Shown: positions 1 to 12,850 of the stretch, piece by piece
How the letters are laid out: the number at the start of each line of letters is the position of its first letter
Numbering within the stretch: position 1 is the stretch's first letter
DNA from: Podarcis pityusensis
Taxonomy: Eukaryota
Assembly: GCA_964106645.2 (NCBI GenBank)
Contig: OZ067042.1
Direction: 5' to 3' (one strand)
DNA: 64,000 nucleotides
Notes under the pieces: generated by a model
The model's input: only the letters and a program-made list of their open reading frames with translations
Told to the model about the DNA's origin: nothing
Databases searched by the model: none
Made by a program: the position numbers and the translations under genes

Positions 1-2059
1 GGACTTTTAGGAGAATTGCTTCTAAATAGACATTAATCTGTAAGTGTTGGCAGAAGTTGTGTATTTGAAAATTATTATACAATGGAAAAAAAGGGGGCAA
101 TGATCACTCACATTAAAATTCAGTGGTGGTGTGCTATTTGCTGCAGGGGCAATTGATGTCATAAGGACATGTTAATTCTTCTCATATTATTGTAGGATAG
201 TAAATGAAATTGGAGATAAATGTTTTTTTGTTATAAATATATATCTTAATAAATCTTTTAAAGTACAAGGCATAAATACTTTATCTTATATGCTCTTATG
301 TTGATTTTAATGTTCTTTTTCCAGAAAAAGTAGTTCTCATTTTAAAAATTAATTTGGAGGCATTTTTTTGTTCTCTGTATGCTAATTTAAACAACAATCC
401 GTGTGCTCAATAAAGAAAGGGATTTTTAGGCACAACTGCAGTTACTAGAAGTAGTTTCTGTATGTGGAAACAGAAAGTTTAATGATTGGGAGTAGCAGTT
501 CTGCAGTTGCTAGAATTAATTGCCACCCACGGAAGGAGAAAACAAATGCCCTAAGCCATTTACACAATCAGCAAAACAAATAAGGTATTTCAACCAGTAG
601 TATTTGAATTATTTGTCTACACGTTCACAAAGAGGAAGGTCTGCTTCCCAGTGGCAGAATTATTTAAGAGCAAAAAAGGCACTTTCTACTTCCTCTTTCC
701 ACTCACAAGATGAGTGAACATGATGGTTGGTGCACACAGATGAAGAGTGGCTGATTAGTGAAGTTGTGTAAGTAGCAGTGACAAGGCATAAAATTCTAGC
801 CTAGTGGTGCAATATGATAAGGAAACATTGTAGAGTCTTTAAATAGTGTCAAGATTAAGTACTTAACAGTGCAATCCTATACACACCTACCTTTTGTTTA
901 CGTAAGACCTTTTGTAATTCCACTAAAGGCAAACATTCATTACTATAATTAAATCTAATCAAGAATATCTTCATACAGATCTTGTGAAATTTGTCCAGTA
1001 ATAACACTACCTTGGTTTCCTAAGATGCTTCTAGTTCTTCCCCTTTACTGACCAGTTCTGTATCTAATTAAAACAACGTTTGGTGTGTAAAACTGCAGAA
1101 GTCAGGCAAATAGGTCAGTACTGTAATCTCACAGAAAATAGAAAACATTGAGAGTTTAGAACAACGTTAATTTTCAAAAGCAAATGATGTATCCAGCAAA
1201 ATAGTTCTACTAGTAGAAGGACTTTTAACTATACAACAGAACTTCTCCCCTCTTTCCCTGTGCACCCTCTAAATCTGTTCTGGAGATTTCCTCAACCATT
1301 TGGAGCACGTTTCTGGGATCTATGGGGGAGAGACAAGGGCAGGAAAGTTCCACTGCTCAGCTGAAATTCCTTATGCTAGAAGAAATGTAGGATGCCACTC
1401 ATTCTGTATAAAAAAGATTGAGCATTCTTTTGCTGTACATTCTGTGTGCAACAGAATGGTTAATATTGTACAATTATGGTTATGTGTCTTCTGAAAAGGC
1501 TCAGGGAAGAATTCAACGTTGTGCTAAGCAGAACACTCCATCAGAGCAAGCAATTCTGTTTGCTTGATGGTATAATTTGCCCTTTCCTTCCCGCCTAATG
1601 TGCTGTTCCAGGAGTTCCTCCATACCAGGGGGAGGAGATGGGGGGAAGCCGTATTGTGCTAGCAGATGTCCTTGTGTGGGCTTCCCCTGGCAGGACTAGT
1701 TAAATGAATCTCTTCTTCCTGCACCATCCATGTAAAATTTAGTTGCTCACACTGCTTTAAATCCCCAGATTGCTTTTAAGATAAACTTTGCAGTAGATTA
1801 ATATAGAAATTAAGAAAAGGGAGGTATGAGTATCTATCTTCTTGATGTTTTGTCCACAGACCCTCACTTACAGGGTCATAAATATTGAAATTAGTTGTTA
1901 TGTGCACAACAGCTGGAAAGTGGTGTAATCTAGTGGTGCTTGAAATTTTACTTTTCAAAATCCCTATCAATTGAACTTAAGACACAAAGTAATAGCCAGC
2001 TGTCTGGCACAGAGCAAATGGAGCCACACCTATATTGAAAAACAGGCTCTTCCCTCACA

Positions 2060-2880
2060 TACTTGAATACATTCTGCTTGAACTGGCACGGAACCTGACG
2101 GTTGGCATTTAAAATCAAAAGGTGGCAGAGCAGCTTTTAAACTGATTGTGGGGGGAAAGCTGACAGGAACAAAACAGGGTCTGGTTCAGAAGAAGTGTTC
2201 CCTTCCCCACCAGATGAAGAAAAAAATTGATTTAAATAGGGGAGGTGTAGAACTAAGCGTTAAGAGGGCAGGGGGCACATGGCTGACATTTCTGACTTAC
2301 TAAATGATGTAGCATAAAACACACATGCCAAAAGATACTTGGAGAGCGAGAGCGGCTATATTTGTGTGTTTATGTGCTAATGCTACTAGACACCTCTGAG
2401 CCAAGATGGGCAAACTGGAGTGTTTGGTCTTAGAGGACAGCATTGATATAGTGGGCATAATGGAAACCTGGTGGAACGGAGAGAAACCAGTGGGACATGG
2501 TTATTTCTGGATATAAACTCTACAGGAAGGACATCATGGAGGTGGCATCACTGTACATCGGGCATAGAGTCCCCAAGCTAGAAATCCCCAAAGGGGCAGA
2601 ATCCTTCACACAGCTGCTGTGGTTGATTATACTGTACTTGGCCCCAAAAGTGGGCTTACTATCTTGCCACTGATCAAAATGTGAAGATGATATTGAGATG
2701 GAGAATGAAATCAAGGAAGCACCCAAAAGAAGAAAGTGCTGTAGTAATGAGTAACTTCGACATATATGTAAGTGGACAATTGCCAAGGAAGTCCTGTAGC
2801 CAGCAGGTTGGCCACTGCAAGAATGGGATGCTAAGCTAGATGTGCTGCTCAAAATTAACAGAAGTGTCATTTTTGGGAAA
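2060..2880 (+). mobile_element. Decayed CR1 LINE fragment spanning the ORF1 end and the ORF2 APE-endonuclease start
   Basis: Frameshifted translation gives KVAEQLLN* (ORF1 end), then CVYANA..RAKMGKLECLVLEDSIDIVGIMETWW..QWDMVISGYKLYRKD, typical of the CR1 ORF2 N-terminus. It has many stops; boundaries are approximate. It lies in MARCHF5 intron 1. Confidence 0.8.
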
Positions 2881-4306
2881 CTTGAAATCCAGGATGCAAA
2901 GATCCTCTTTCATGATGTTAGAACTTGTGGATCTCCAGTGAAGCTGAAAGCTAATAGTAGCTAGAATAAAGAGATATTTATTTTCAAGACTGAAATAATA
3001 AGTCTGTTCTGAAATGCTTAAAGTAGAAAAGAGTTGGGGAAAGTATACTATTGCTAATTCATTTGGTTTTATATAGTAATGTTGAGTTTTTAGAAACTAT
3101 GTTTTGTTTGACCTAGCTAGCTGTTTCTATTTTAGGTTGCAGTCTGAGTAGCGACCTGATTCTGTACTAAGACCAGGGTAATGTTTTATTCAATACAAGA
3201 AAATGGAAAATCTGGCAAGAACTGAGATCCTTGTGTCAATGGTTTTATTTAGCTCTTTCTGCTGTAGCTACTGTCAATAGCAAGATAAAGCTGATGACAG
3301 AAAACAAGGGATTTACTATTCATTATTCATAACTTGCTAAAGGCTTAAGAATATAAAGGATATCATGTGATTCTTTTTGTAGGCCATCCATTGTTTAAAA
3401 TATAGCTGTTGAGCAATAAATTGGATGAAACTTCTTGTTTAAAAAATGTATGTGACATTGATCCATTGCTGCATCAAAATGAATTTGATAGTCTTAATGA
3501 TATATATTATATTTCAAGCATATAACCTAGTATTAAACATGTTTTAATACTTCAAAGTATAGCCTTTAATAACTAATTCAAGGGTGTTCTTTTGCAAGAT
3601 TGTAAAGTCATTTTTTCCTGTCATCCAAATGAACTTTAGACCTCTTGGGGTGTCAGGTTGCCCCAAGGCATGTCACAACTTTATCTGTGTGGCCCAGTTT
3701 TGCACTCATTAACAGTTCAGAGGTAGCCATCATACATTGTAACTTGAGCAAGCTATGAAATATGCCATGCATGTGTCTTCTAGGTAAAAGAGTTGATATA
3801 CCAGTCTGATATTATTTTTTGGTTCGAAAGACTCCTCAAATTTCAGTGAGGATGTTTAGTAGTTTATGCATTTGTGACTTTATTTCTGTTTTGCTTTTTG
3901 ATATGTGTGTGTGTCTATGTGTAGAAATTCCACTTCGTCTGTAATAGTGAAAAGAAAGATTGAATTGTTCAACTTATTTCCTGTATGCATTTTTTTAAAG
4001 CTTGGATAAATGCTTTTCTATTGCCGTGTAGTTCCAACATCTTAGCAACATCTCATCATTTCTTTTTGGGGGGAGAGTGTTGCTTAAATAATGGAAAGTT
4101 GAAAGTAAACGGAATGCCATTTGTTAGACGTGAATACAAAACACACACACACACACAGTGGACAGAGCTGTAGTGAAATAAAGGTAGTAATAATAGCTAA
4201 GTTTGGGTATATAAGATAGAATACACCACAGAAAGAGTATATGTTTATTTTTGTTAGGGGACTTTCCCAAGATAATTTGTTGATTGCCAAGTCTGAAGCT
4301 ATTGAG

Positions 4307-4558
4307 CATGGGTAGGCAAACTAAGGCCCCGGGGGCTGGATCCAGCCCAATCGCCTTCTAAATCAGGCCCACAGGTGGTCCAGGAATCATTGTGTTTTTA
4401 CATGAGTAGAATGTGTGCTTTTATTTAAAATGCATCTCTGGGTTATTTGTGGGGCATAGGAATTCGTTCATATTTTTTTTCCAAAATATAGTCTGGCCCA
4501 CCACAAGGTCTGAGGGACAGTGGACTGGCCCCCTGCTGAAAAAGTTTGCTGGCCCATG
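4307..4558 (+). mobile_element. Non-autonomous hAT (Charlie-type) MITE
   Basis: Imperfect TIRs CATGGGTAGGCAAACT / AGTTTGCTGGCCCATG and a perfect 8-bp TSD CTATTGAG (4299-4306, 4559-4566). A second copy is at 20867-21117. Confidence 0.9.
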
Positions 4559-6296
4559 CTATTGAGGGCAGGGTGGTAGTAATTAAGTTCCTTGTGTCCT
4601 TATTCATTAATTTATAAAATTCCTAAAAGCCGCATCAGCTGGTGCTGCTTACTTTAAAATATTTAAATCTTTATTTGAATAAACTCTGGAAATCCTGTGC
4701 CAAACGGTTTATAACAATGGTAAGTAATGCTTGGTGCAGGGGTGTCCCATCAGATCTTGTTGGTTTGCCTCCATTATTCTGAGCCTGGTGGCAGGCACCA
4801 AAGTGGTTCAGAACAGTAAGTAGGAATGCAGACCTATTTTCTATGCTGTAGTTTGAGCTGAAGAAGTAAAGGCCTTATATCACAAGCAGAAGTCTGAGGT
4901 TCATTGGAAATGTATTTGTTTGCAGAAAAATGTGTTCAATTGTTATAGCACCCAACTGGTATGCATGCTGCTTCAGAAAATAGATGAATTTCAAGATGAA
5001 AGATTTGATTTAAATCAGTCCACCCTGCCTTCAATTTAAGATTCAATTTTGATTATCTTCCCAGTAAACTGTCTACTGTTGTTTTTGCTCCTGATACAAC
5101 TATTTGTGTATCTTTCCTTGATGAGGATGGTTTTTTTGTGTTTGCGTTTCTCAGATGCCCTGAGAATGCAAATTAGTCATTGAAAGGCAGGATAAGCATT
5201 TTGGAAATAAGAAATACGATTATTTTCTGTCCTATCATGTGATTATAAATATGGAATGGATTAAAATAGTTTACATAAATAAGCATTTATTCATTTCAAT
5301 GCAGTATTTTTTGAACACAATCAGCCAGAAATCTTTCCGGTGCAAATGTGGGAAAGTTGTAATTAACTGTACAGTTTCTTTGTGGATTTACTTACTGCCC
5401 TATTCTGAACTCTAGATCATTCTACTCTTCCTGAATAACATTTAAAAGTTGTAGTTCTTAGAAATTTTTGTATTTGTTTATTTGCTGTATTTATTATATA
5501 CTGCCCAGTACTGTAACAATATTCTTGACGGAAGTAAGAAAGAAATGAAGTGAATGAAGGAAGGTAGAATTCTGCTTAGTTGCAGTGCCATAGCTATGTA
5601 GATTTGACATGATAAGAATAATGGAATTTTTTCTCTCTCCATATTGGAAAAGGAAGTGTATGTCTCTTTTGCTGTGCATTTTCTGTATAGTGCTGTGATT
5701 ACGATTGATTGTGGAAAGCAAAGGGCTTTACAGACTTAGATGTATTTATAATGCAATCACTCCGTTATCTGAACAGGAGGGGAAAGATCAATTGTAAGAG
5801 GGCACTTTTCCATTCGCTAGATTACTGTCAAACACATTTATAACTAAAAATAAAATAATCAGTCTACAAGAGAATTAAGTGTATTTCCTTCCTTAATTTT
5901 ACAATCACATTTTTCTTTATTTGTAAGTGTTGCCAGGATGTAAACATTCCCTATTCAGGAAAGTCCAAAATATCAATATTATGTGTAGAATAATTTGTTC
6001 ATTTGTTGGAATACATTATGAATAAAGCAAAAAATTGCAAATGGACCTCAATTACTTCAGACGTGAATGATGCAAAATATGATTTTAAGAAATGGCATTA
6101 GGATTAAGCACACACATATTTTTTTTTTAAATCTAGCTATTAGAATATGGTATTGATGAATTTGAGTTAGTAGCACTGCATTTAGGAAATGCCCTTTCTA
6201 GGTAAACAAGTTAGCAATAAAATGGTTGGGGAGATTTTATTCTTACGATATTGACAGCTAAAGCTTTCTGATGTGTCCTTTGTGCTTAACTTTCAG

Positions 6297-6499
6297 GAGT
6301 TGTTGGGTATGTTTTGCAACTGATGAGGATGACAGAACAGCAGAGTGGGTGAGACCATGCAGGTGTAGAGGCTCTACGAAATGGGTTCACCAAACTTGTC
6401 TACAGCGCTGGGTGGATGAAAAACAGAGAGGGAACAGTACAGCTCGTGTTGCCTGTCCTCAGTGCAATGCAGAATACTTAATAGTATTTCCAAAACTAG
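6297..6499 (+). CDS. MARCHF5: MARCHF5 (MITOL) mitochondrial E3 ligase, exon 2 (RING-CH domain)
   Basis: Encodes SCWVCFATDEDDRTAEWVRPCRCRGSTKWVHQTCLQRWVDEKQRGNSTARVACPQCNAEYLIVFPKL; tttcag| and |gtaag; 203 nt. Confidence 0.98.
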
Positions 6500-7171
6500 G
6501 TAAGATGCGCACGTGAAACTTCCATGAAGAGTGGGTTGCGGGGAGCACACCACTGGAATATTATTATATTACCACCATTACTACTAATATTAACCAGGGG
6601 CTCCATCCCTGCTTGCTCAGCTCGCCAACCCCCTCACCCTCCCTTGGCAACTCTGCATCTTTCACACCTCACCCCTAACCCTCACAGCTCCTTCCACCCA
6701 CATGCTGCCCACCTGTCAATCACCTTATGCCATATTGATGTCAAGGGGTGCTTCACTTTCAAAGTGGACCACAGGGATTTAAAACCACACTTTGTAAACA
6801 TCCTCATGAGGCCTTTCAAGCCTCAGTGGGGGCTTGAAGGAGATGTGCGGGGCTGGGTGCGAACTCCCATCTGCCTATAAGCAATGCAAACTGTAGAGGG
6901 TGGTGACATTTTACATTCTTATGTAATAAGGAAGATACCATCATTTGCCTTATGCACAATTGTCTCAAGGTGATGTACAGTGATGCAAGGGACAGTGTAA
7001 CATTCAGGGTTGAATTTTGTTCTATTATTATCCTGCACTGAGATTCTCAGAGCAGCTCATAGCATCCAATCATAAAAGACAGTGATAGAGTTAATAGAGG
7101 TAGTGCCATGCTATATACTCTTTTGATTCATCATCTCTGCTACAAAACTTTATTTCTCCTTTATGTTATAG

Positions 7172-7302
7172 GTCCAGTTGTTTATGTCTTGGACCTGGCA
7201 GATCGCCTTATCTCAAAAGCCTGTCCGTTTGCTGCAGCTGGAATAATGGTGGGCTCTATCTACTGGACAGCTGTCACTTACGGAGCAGTAACAGTGATGC
7301 AG
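7172..7302 (+). CDS. MARCHF5: MARCHF5 exon 3
   Basis: Encodes (G)PVVYVLDLADRLISKACPFAAAGIMVGSIYWTAVTYGAVTVMQ; AG/GT ends; 131 nt; phase-consistent. Confidence 0.98.
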
Positions 7303-9053
7303 GTTCAGATGCACTTTCTAAATGTTACATTATCTTAATCAAGCTGCAAACTTCTAGACAGTTGCTGAAGAAGTTTGTTTGGTTTTTTGTAAGGAAGAAA
7401 ATTCCGTGAGAGGATTGGAAAACACAGTTTACAAGAGCGTGACTCCATATTCTTCTTTCCTTACCCATATGGTGGTTTTTCCTTACCCGCCTTGCTATTT
7501 CATGTAACTCTGTGCTTACAGATTGCCAAATCCCATCTAACAGGCACAGCTGTATTCAGCTCTTCCCTCTACACACACAAGCATCTGTTTGAATAAATTT
7601 CATCATAAATATCCTGCAAAACCTCACATCTGTCCATTTCTGCCTGTGTCTGTATTTCTCTGCATATGCCCACTTGTACTTGTGCTTTTCTATTCATTAA
7701 CAAGCTCTGCTAAACTATATGGGAGTCACTGCGGCTATTTGGATGAGAAACAGATTCCTTGATAAATCCTGTTGCTTCTACCTACGATCTGAGATTTTTC
7801 TCTTGCTTTTCTCATGCTCACCATGATTCTCTCACTGCTTATTGCTCACCTTTCCCATTTTTGGGGGGTGGGGGTCAGGGGAAGGAAGCAGTCACTGTTT
7901 CACCATAAAGCTTATTGGATGACCTTGGGCCAGTTATTCTTGCTTGGGCTAGCCTTCCCCCTGTTGTGATGATAAAATGCTTGTGTATTCTGTTCTTCGA
8001 GGAAAGCTGGGAAACAAATGAAATAAATACCTAGTTGAGAGGAAAGGGATAATGCTCAGAGCCAAGCCCTCAGCCTGGATATAGACTTCCTATATAGTTT
8101 CAATGAACAAGTTTGTTCTCAGCCTCTTCCCAATTTTTCATCTTTTCTGTCTAGAGGAATACTTGGAGGAAAGATACAAGCCAGGACTCCTTTTTTATGC
8201 GCTCCTGCCTTTGAGTATAGATATGGAGTCACTTGCAGTACCTTCACCATCCATCTGTTCACTTTATATATAGTACTTGAAGCAGGCTTTTGACAACTGC
8301 ACAGATGTGCTCAATGTACTGCTGCTGTCATAACAGTTTTCAATTATTTATAGACTGTGGTTATTTATCAGCACAACTGTGGATTGAAAAATATCGGACA
8401 TTTAAAAAAGTTAGCTTTTCTCATGGGTTCTGTTCTTGATACATAGTTCTAGGAACATCATTTTTGAGTAGCATATATATATCAAACATTTATTTTAAAG
8501 TTTTTGTGGGGTAGCGCTCTTTCTTGACTGCAATACTCCTCATGACTCATATCAAGATGCTTTTGGACATATATAGCGGAATTAATACCGAAAACAGCTG
8601 CTTAAAAATACATCCTTGTTTCAGATCTATCTACATTTCAGATATGTATCTATATCTTTTTAAAATGGTTTGTCAGGTTTCAGTTACAAGATTGTTTCCT
8701 GTGCTGCCAAACTCAAATGCAATAATTACGTATACTCAGAAACAGGATTATTTGACTTGATGGTGCAGTGGGTTCTAAATGGATATCTAGCCTAAGAGAG
8801 ACAAACAGTTGCCTAATCGTATGAGTTGCTCACCAGCCCAGAAGGTCTGGCACTCTGATCTCGGTGTGCAAAAGAAGCTAATAGCGCTACTATAAGTGTA
8901 CAGGGCAGTGGCATGTAGGTTCTCTGGATGGTGGTTCAAATTAGGTTGTTCTTTAGTTGTAGCTCCTGAAGTCAAGCCATTGTAAAGTAGCCACATTACC
9001 TCTATTTAGAATGGTGCTGTGCTTAATGTAATAATGTATTTTTTATTCATCAG

Positions 9054-9237
9054 GTTGTGGGTCATAAAGAAGGCCTCGACGTTATGGAAAGAGCTGATCC
9101 TTTATTCCTTTTAATTGGACTTCCCACCATCCCAGTTATGCTTATATTGGGAAAGATGATTCGCTGGGAAGACTATGTGCTTAGATTGTGGCGAAAATAT
9201 TCTAACAAACTACAGATTCTGAACAGCATATTTCCAG
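9054..9237 (+). CDS. MARCHF5: MARCHF5 exon 4
   Basis: Encodes VVGHKEGLDVMERADPLFLLIGLPTIPVMLILGKMIRWEDYVLRLWRKYSNKLQILNSIFP; 184 nt. Confidence 0.98.
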
Positions 9238-9665
9238 GTAATGCTACCAAAATTTGAGTAGAATATCTAGGCTTGGCTGTTTCTGTGAGGAGGGGTGGTA
9301 AGATAGATTTTAGTATCCAAAATATAGCACTTCTCTTTTTCTCTCCTTGGTGCTAAGTAAAAAGATATTGTCCAGCACAATATTTGCTTAGATGAGTTCC
9401 ATCTCCCAAATGCAGCTTGCAAGAAGGTATTGCAGTATAAAGACTAAAAACAGTGTAATTGTGAGCAGCACTTTCTAATCTGTGAAACTAGAAGTAAATG
9501 CCATAAATAATTTTATTAGAATGTGTTGCAGTACATAAGTTTTCTGGCTGGGAGTACTCAAAACCATTAAATCGAAGAGCTAATTGGAATGGAGAGGTTA
9601 AATTTGTAATACAAATCTGGTTTAGTGCACTCTAATTCTTGGTTAGCAATGGCATTTTTCTTTAG

Positions 9666-9832
9666 GGATTGGATGTCCTGTTCCTCGTATTCCAGCTGAG
9701 GCCAACCCTCTGGCAGATCACGTCTCTGCTACTCGTATTCTCTGTGGAGCTCTTGTCTTTCCCACTATTGCTACGATAGTTGGCAAGTTGATGTTCAGCA
9801 GTGTTAACTCTAATCTTCAGCGAACAATTTTG
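9666..9832 (+). CDS. MARCHF5: MARCHF5 exon 5
   Basis: Encodes (G)IGCPVPRIPAEANPLADHVSATRILCGALVFPTIATIVGKLMFSSVNSNLQRTIL; tttag| and |gtaag; 167 nt. Confidence 0.98.
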
Positions 9833-10650
9833 GTAAGACTGTGTAAAGTTTCCTTTATAGAACTAGATTGGCAGACGTGTAGGAGATTTGGCTTCTCTCT
9901 GCATATTTTCACCTTTGTTGTACTTCTGTCAAATAACACGCTTGGTGTGTTTTGTTGCATTTACTGTTACATAATATCAGTTAAAACATTCAGATAGCAT
10001 TTATATGGCACTTTGGAGTTCGAGTAGGTCCTATTTCATAGGGTCTGGGGGTTAGTGGTGGTTCTTGGGGTCCAAGGATACTTTCTGGTGGTTCCTTTGG
10101 AATGCATCCTTAACTGCACATGATGTCACATATAGCATTAGATATGGAGCAGGTGGGTGGGTTTTTTTTTAGGAAACAGCCTGGTGAGCCAAATTGGGAC
10201 ATGCTGGAGGTGCCCCACCCTTGCTGTAGGATTGCATTCACACAGTCCTGTGAACCATGGACTGGAGGACTGGGCATGAGCTGTGAAGGACTGAACATCC
10301 TCTTTTTCTCTTTTGTGTCAGTAACCCCACCCACCTGTCAAAATGGCCCACGGGGTGGGTGGGTGAGAAGGTTGAGATTCAGCCCTAGAACAAATCATAA
10401 CCCTCCCCTCCCCATTTAAGTGAATGAAAACTTTCAAAAGAATGTGCAAACTCAGCATAGAAACATTAGATTACCCCCATTGTGACAGGGAAATGTATGC
10501 TTTGGGTTTTAGTACAGAATTGCTCTAATTAGCCGAACTTCAAAGGAAACGGGGCTTGACAATCCTGTGTGTGTATGTAACCATTAAAAAAATATATTAG
10601 GTGTTAAACGTGTTCTGTCAGTTTTGAATAATTGTTCCCTTTTATTTTAG

Positions 10651-10767
10651 GGCGGAATTGCTTTTGTTGCTATAAAAGGAGCTTTCAAGGTCTATTTCAA
10701 ACAGCAGCAATATTTGCGACAAGCTCATCGGAAAATTTTAAACTATCCTGAGCAAGAAGGTGCATAA
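10651..10767 (+). CDS. MARCHF5: MARCHF5 exon 6 (last coding exon, stop TAA)
   Basis: Encodes GGIAFVAIKGAFKVYFKQQQYLRQAHRKILNYPEQEGA*; acceptor ttttag. Confidence 0.98.
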   Translation, partial: GGIAFVAIKGAFKVYFKQQQYLRQAHRKILNYPEQEGA

Positions 10768-12850
10768 ATGACTGTGGATGTCAGACTTTTACAATCTCAT
10801 CTGCTATATTCAGCAGCAATGTACCAATACCTATTATTTGGCTAAAGGAGCTGAAATTGGAGGATATGTTGCTGATTTTTGTGGTCCCCCACCCACCCCC
10901 ATAGAATAATAAAATACCTTATTATGGCAGGGCAAATCCTCCTTAGTTGTTGATCCTAAGAATGTGATTTGTTTTCACTGATGTGTTTACTTTGTGGCGG
11001 AAGACATCTGAATCATTTTCCTATGGGCAAATGTTGCCTTCTTTCAAAACAGAAGCCAAACAGTTGTGAAGTTAATAAATTATGTGCAGACTGTATTGAA
11101 TTATATTTTGTATGCTTATTGCAGTAAATGCACAGTACTTTGATAAATGGGCCAATATAAGAAACTTCTAAAAATATGCATAGTTTATTATTGCCAAGTG
11201 GAACTCTGGAATGTCAGTTAATAAGGGTTCCCGTATTCATAGAGGAAGCTAAAGAATAAGCCTCAAATTAGTGATAGCAGAACTCAACTCATTTTCTTGC
11301 TAGTTCACATAGTCCATCACAACAGCCCAGATTGTTAGAAGTTTCATTAAATATAGAAAAACCTGTCTGGGTCTGATAACTTGGAACACCAGCAAATTGC
11401 TTTTTTATTTTTTAAAAAAATTCAACAGATTGCTGTCTTTTGGCTCTTACATTGTAATGCAAGTAGCATTATATATAATTAATTCCTGTCTGCCACCAGT
11501 GAAACTGAAAAACTGAATTACAATCTATATGTGACTAGTTTCAATATTAGACTGTTGCTTAGTGCAAGCACAACCAAATTGTGGAGTCATTATTCAGGCT
11601 AAAACAAGAAGCAAGGGTTCAAAAACAAGCACTGGTAACACATAGCTGTGTTTAGAAGGAAGTATAAATGTTCAGTTGTGAATGTTAAAAGACTATTGAT
11701 TACACAAGTCAATCCTGCTTTACTGAAGTCAGTTTTCTATTTTCTATTTTTATTTTTTTAAGACTTATCTGGCACTCACCTTAACTGCATCTCTTTTGAA
11801 ATCTATTTTCAAAGTGTCCTTGATTTTGGTGGCACCTATAAGTAAATTCTTTGGATTGGAGCCTAGGTTCCTATCTAGACATGTGTGCACAAGTCCCATT
11901 CCAGTCAATGAGATGGATTTCCTAGTACATGGCAGGATTAAGGTTGATAAGGGAGATATTTAAATTGCACTTTTTCTTAACAGTAGAAATTAGTGTATCA
12001 GTGTTTAAATATTGGGTTCTGTACAAGTCACATCATCGCGAAGTAACAAATGACAGTCATTCTGGGTTTACAAGTGGTATTTGCTTTGACAGGATTAAAG
12101 AACCATTGAGTGTCTCTTAAACTCTCAAATTATGTTCCAGTTCAAATATCTAATGCATGGAAAAGGTAATAAACACATCTTTTTAAAGTACTGGTAAATA
12201 GTTGTTGACCAGAAGTGATGCAAATGGGGGAAAAGTCTTTGTTTGATTGTAATAACGTATGCTAAAGAAATATTATTTCCATAGCAAGCTTTACTTTAAA
12301 TATAAAAAATGTAATATTTTAAAAGGTAATAATGACCAGCTAGTATTCCAGCATTGGTATGTGGAAAAACCTAAAGCATAACAGAATACTTTAGTTTCTT
12401 GTTGTAAATACTAAAAACCCCTACTGTAAGTCAATTTGACTTTTGATATCTATATATTTATATATTCAGCAGTATCCTGCAGAATGTTGGCTTTCTATGA
12501 GTTTTCAGCACTATAAAACATTTCTTGCAGAAATTCCTGTTGTAAGAAGCCTTCTAGGTGATCTTTACTTTATATACACCAGCTCTTTGATACCTGCTGG
12601 TTTTTAAACTATCTCTTACAAAACCTAAAAGTACAGATTGGTTGGTCTAAAATTTTGTTCTATGGTAAAATTGCTGAAATTATTGTTTTATCACTACAAA
12701 TGTACTGTGAAGAATGTGGGATTATATTTTAAATTCAGTAGCAAAAAGCATTTCCTTGGTTACTGTGCTTTTGACATGTTTTTAGTAGTGCAATTTACGA
12801 TCACATACTGGATTAGATTGAATAAAGTTTTTTTATATTCTTTAGGTGTA
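10768..12850 (+). other. MARCHF5: Probable MARCHF5 3'UTR
   Basis: AT-rich, nearly repeat-free sequence after the stop codon, ending at an AATAAA followed by a U/GU-rich tract. The end point is inferred. Confidence 0.6.
12821..12826 (+). terminator. Candidate MARCHF5 polyadenylation signal
   Basis: AATAAA followed by TTTTTTATATTCTTTAGGTGTATGGTGT. A second AATAAA is at 12904-12909. Confidence 0.55.

Noticed and set aside
1-6296. MARCHF5 exon 1/promoter, or the HDV-like ribozyme of the neighbouring CPEB3 gene
   Set aside because: No CpG island, exon-1 peptide or HDV-like fold was recognised. This is intron 1, and those features would lie left of the window.
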